A DNA stretch of 52,407 nucleotides, the filler included, from Dirinaria sp. TL-2023a (lineage: Eukaryota), in assembly GCA_051941275.1 (NCBI GenBank). It is 3 parts of 3 records of this genome, joined end to end, with 100 filler letters (N's around TTAATTAATTAA, not from the genome) between each part and the next. Parts side by side here need not be neighbours in the genome. Positions count along the whole stretch, not along the records: positions 35,028 to 52,407 come from JAVEBF010000431.1; 2 more parts are not named here. The stretch is one strand, 5' to 3'. The position numbers and the translations under genes are program-made. Below, one piece after another: positions 49,552-52,407 of the stretch (the first letter of the stretch is position 1; every line of letters starts with the position of its first letter). The notes under the pieces were generated by a model, which did not search any database, was not told the origin of the DNA, and saw nothing but the letters and a program-made list of their open reading frames with translations.

Positions 49552-50156
49552 ATGGTTTCTGTTGAAAAGATCCGTGCTGCAAGCCTCCACACTCCCGTTG
49601 AGCGGACACAACAAATACAGCATACTCGGCGCAATGACCGCCGACTTCATTGCGTGCCCCGTCCCCTCTGCATACGGCGCACTCTTCTTGAATTATTCAT
49701 ACACTACAGCATCGAATTCTGCAACTGCTGTTCCACGTCCGCCGGAGCTACTTGATCGTCAACTATCGACAGAACGCATTGGCGGATCACCTTTTGCAAG
49801 CCATCCAAGACCGCAAGGATGATCCAAATGGTGTTACAGGTTCGTCGACGCCTTTAACAAATGTGCAGAAGATGGCCGCGGAGTGTGCGAATCTGAAGTT
49901 TGATTTAGCCTTCCGATTTTGGTTTGGTTGTTTGATGCAACAGGCTTTGCCGCAAGAAGGGGATATTACGCCGGCTCGAAAAGAGGTTGACTGGGTAGTC
50001 AACAATAGGCACTTCCTCGCAGCAAGGCATGCAGCATCACGAATCAATTGTGATGACATGCCAGAATGTTTACTTAGTTGAATGTCTACGCAGGAGATGA
50101 AAGAGCTCATCGCTATGTGCGAGTGGATCGTTCAGACCCTAGACGGTAGCCTGTAG
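49552..50156 (+). CDS. Possible small orphan protein (~158 aa, helical); tentative 3-exon model
   Basis: Tentative exons 49552-49653, 49710-50021, 50094-50156. The core reads HRILQLLFHVRRSYLIVNYRQNALADHLLQAIQ...DLAFRFWFGCLMQQALP. The model needs weak donors (GTGCCC and a GC donor GCAAGG). Confidence 0.35.
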
Positions 50157-50782
50157 GAAGAGCAGCGCTTGCTAACTCTAGTATGTTACTGCGTCCAGAT
50201 CGATTTTAGAATCTGTATGTGAACTATGTGCAGTAAACGCTTCATAACATAAGGTCCATACAGTCGCGAGGACGCGGATGCACAATCATCAAAAATTTTC
50301 GGCCGAACATTTCGCCACGCTGCATGACATCTTTTCAATTGTGAGAGTGACAATCTTGTAAATAGGACCTGCGAGTACGATGTAGAGGAGTATCTCAATG
50401 CCTCTTCACTGCTGAGCCACGTTGAACGAGATTTGAGGAACCTAACTTAGTCCTACATCTTGAGCTTCTAACGCCCAGGTATTGGGCGTCGAAATCACTC
50501 CCTTGATCATGCTGGACATGCAGAGCCTCTTTATATGGCGTCATTCCGGTAACAAAGGCAGTGTGAGATCCGAGCTATCATATGGTACTTGATCCACGCT
50601 ACATGGCAAAAGGTTGTTAGAGTGAGTGAGAGATGAAGCTTAAGGTAGAGAGTACTTTAGGTCAAGGGTCCTCAAACGCCAAGCTCTCTATCAAATTATG
50701 CATACACTAAATAGGCGCGTCCCACGCGTTGACCAACCAGAGCATGATCAGACTTTCCAATCCACTTGGGACGATGATCCAG

Positions 50783-52407
50783 ATGCCTTTAAGAGCTCTT
50801 CGACTCTCTGCCGCGCATTCTAATGCAGTCGCAGAGCCGTTCATCTGTTTGCCATGTCGCTATCGTAGAGCGCTATCCATTGCAGCTCAAGCAGCCAAAC
50901 CGCAATCCACAGCCCCTCTTCGGACGTCTCGCCTACGAAAAGCTTCAACATTATCATCAGTCACTACCGTCAATGCGTCTAAGCAGATACTTCCAGCCGC
51001 TCGAGATCTGTATGAAGCGCTTGGGGTTCTGAAAGAGGAAGCTGGTGTCTACACCAGCCTCATTCAGCTTCAATTGGCTCTGAAGGGCTTAGAATCTCAG
51101 AATGCGGTCACCAAGGTAGCTTGTGAGCGACCAGCAGGGCATACAATGCAAGCTTTACATGGCTGATACTCAGCAGTAATCGGCGCCAATGGACTCGATG
51201 GAGTCAAAAGGCTGGCAAGAGTCTTGCTAGCAGATCCTTTGGCCCCTGAATCCGAATGGGAAAAACGACTTGTGGCAGCTGAACATGCAGATGAACGAGC
51301 GGTGCTACTACGGTAAGTAGACGCTACGTGATTCGTCCTTGTAGCTGACCTATTCTCGAAGCTATGAAGACAACGACTCTTACGATGGAAGGCATCCGCT
51401 TTTGCGGCAATTAGGAATCCCGGCGCCAGTCCTTCGTAGAAACAACCTGGAAATCTTAGTACAAGCCATTTCACCAACTACTTCAACTAACACCGACGTA
51501 CACGCTCTCCTGACCCCAAACCTGGAATTAGCTCCTTCACCAACAGCTCGATACGCTGTCGTGACAAACGCAATGCACAAGGCGTTGGTCTATAGTGAAG
51601 GGTTACAAAACCTGCCCGTCTACACGCCGGTCATAGAGGCGGAAGGTGCAGAAAAGGAGATGGTCAAAGGTGCAATCAACATACGCGATAGCGGACCCCA
51701 CGTTCCCGAGGAGGCGTCTCCCATTGTTCAGATCAACATTGAACGAGCCGAAGCCGCCCTACAAACAATCCGCAACTCGCTCGACAACTCAATCGACTAC
51801 GAGCAACTATGGTTCTCCAGCGGTCTCCCTGCCCTCTCATCCTGGCTCCAAGAAGGCACAGCCTCTGACCAATCAGCAATCAAGCCTACCGTCCAGCGAC
51901 TCATCGAGTCCCTGCTCTCAATCACAGATGCTCGCATTAGAACCGCAGAGACGGAACATCTCCAAAGACTCGCCTCCACGGCAATAACGCCCACCACTCG
52001 CTCGAACCTCTCCGCGCTCCTCGCCCAATGGTCGGAAAACGCACACACGGAGCTCCGCGACCAGCTGGATGTAACCTTCGACAGCCCCAGCTGGCGAAAA
52101 CTCGCGTGGTGGAAGCTTCCGTGGCGAGTGGATGACGTGGCCATGATCGCCGCGGATGTACTGCAGCGATCTTTCCTCACGAGGGCCGAAAAAGAATTGG
52201 CGTGGCTAGTGGGGAGAATCGAGCAAGCCGGGTTATACGTCCCACCAGTACCGAAACCCACCGTAGAAAAGGATACCACGGAAGGCGAGATCCCTCCCAC
52301 GCGACAATCAGCACTCATCACCCCGTCCCTCGTATCCCTAGAACTTGAATCAACCCCTCCAACTTCCACTGTCCCGAACCCTTCCCTAAAACCCCCCACA
52401 TCAACAC
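50783..52407 (+). CDS. Mmc1-domain-like mitochondrial protein, 3' end truncated by the window end
   Basis: Exons 50783-51122, 51177-51312, 51362->52407 (alternative ATG at 50774). Arg/Ser-rich presequence, LQLALKGLE, RLARVLLADPL..E..WE, YEQLWFSSGLPALSSWL, WSENAHTELRDQLD, WRKLAWWKLPWRVDDV, AEKELAWLVGRIEQAG. Confidence 0.75.

Noticed and set aside
35028..50700. Starship-type or other large mobile element carrying the giant ATPase
   Set aside because: No tyrosine recombinase captain, transposase, terminal repeats or RIP-like AT-rich relic seen. The contig is too short to exclude a larger element.

Overview
Intron-rich genomic DNA from a filamentous ascomycete (Pezizomycotina). The window is not one locus. 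It consists of three pieces (1-17427, 17528-34927, 35028-52407) joined by identical artificial 100-nt spacers (44 N + TTAATTAATTAA + 44 N). Piece 1 is dense housekeeping sequence: APN2, COX13, APC5, CIA30, MED12/SRB8, a 7-exon Asterix/PAT10-like gene absent from the ORF track, SUI1/eIF1 with a poor start context, and a 5'-truncated EOS1-like gene. Piece 2 carries a full-size PDR/ABCG transporter (AtrF-like), two uncharacterised proteins, an Sds3-like gene and a PRS5-type PRPP synthetase. Piece 3 looks accessory: a ~3043-aa DUF3638/DUF3645-type giant protein with SF2-helicase-like motifs, an adjacent co-oriented spliced gene for a permuted-papain (PPPDE/DeSI-like) peptidase with an in-frame TGA, a small orphan gene, and a 3'-truncated Mmc1-like gene. 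The giant ATPase plus peptidase pair is the best candidate for an undescribed system, but the functional link is only a hypothesis. I built the exon models by hand from GT/AG sites, branch points and reading-frame continuity. Family names come from recalled motifs, not database searches. I found no tRNA, rRNA, CRISPR array or recognisable transposase.
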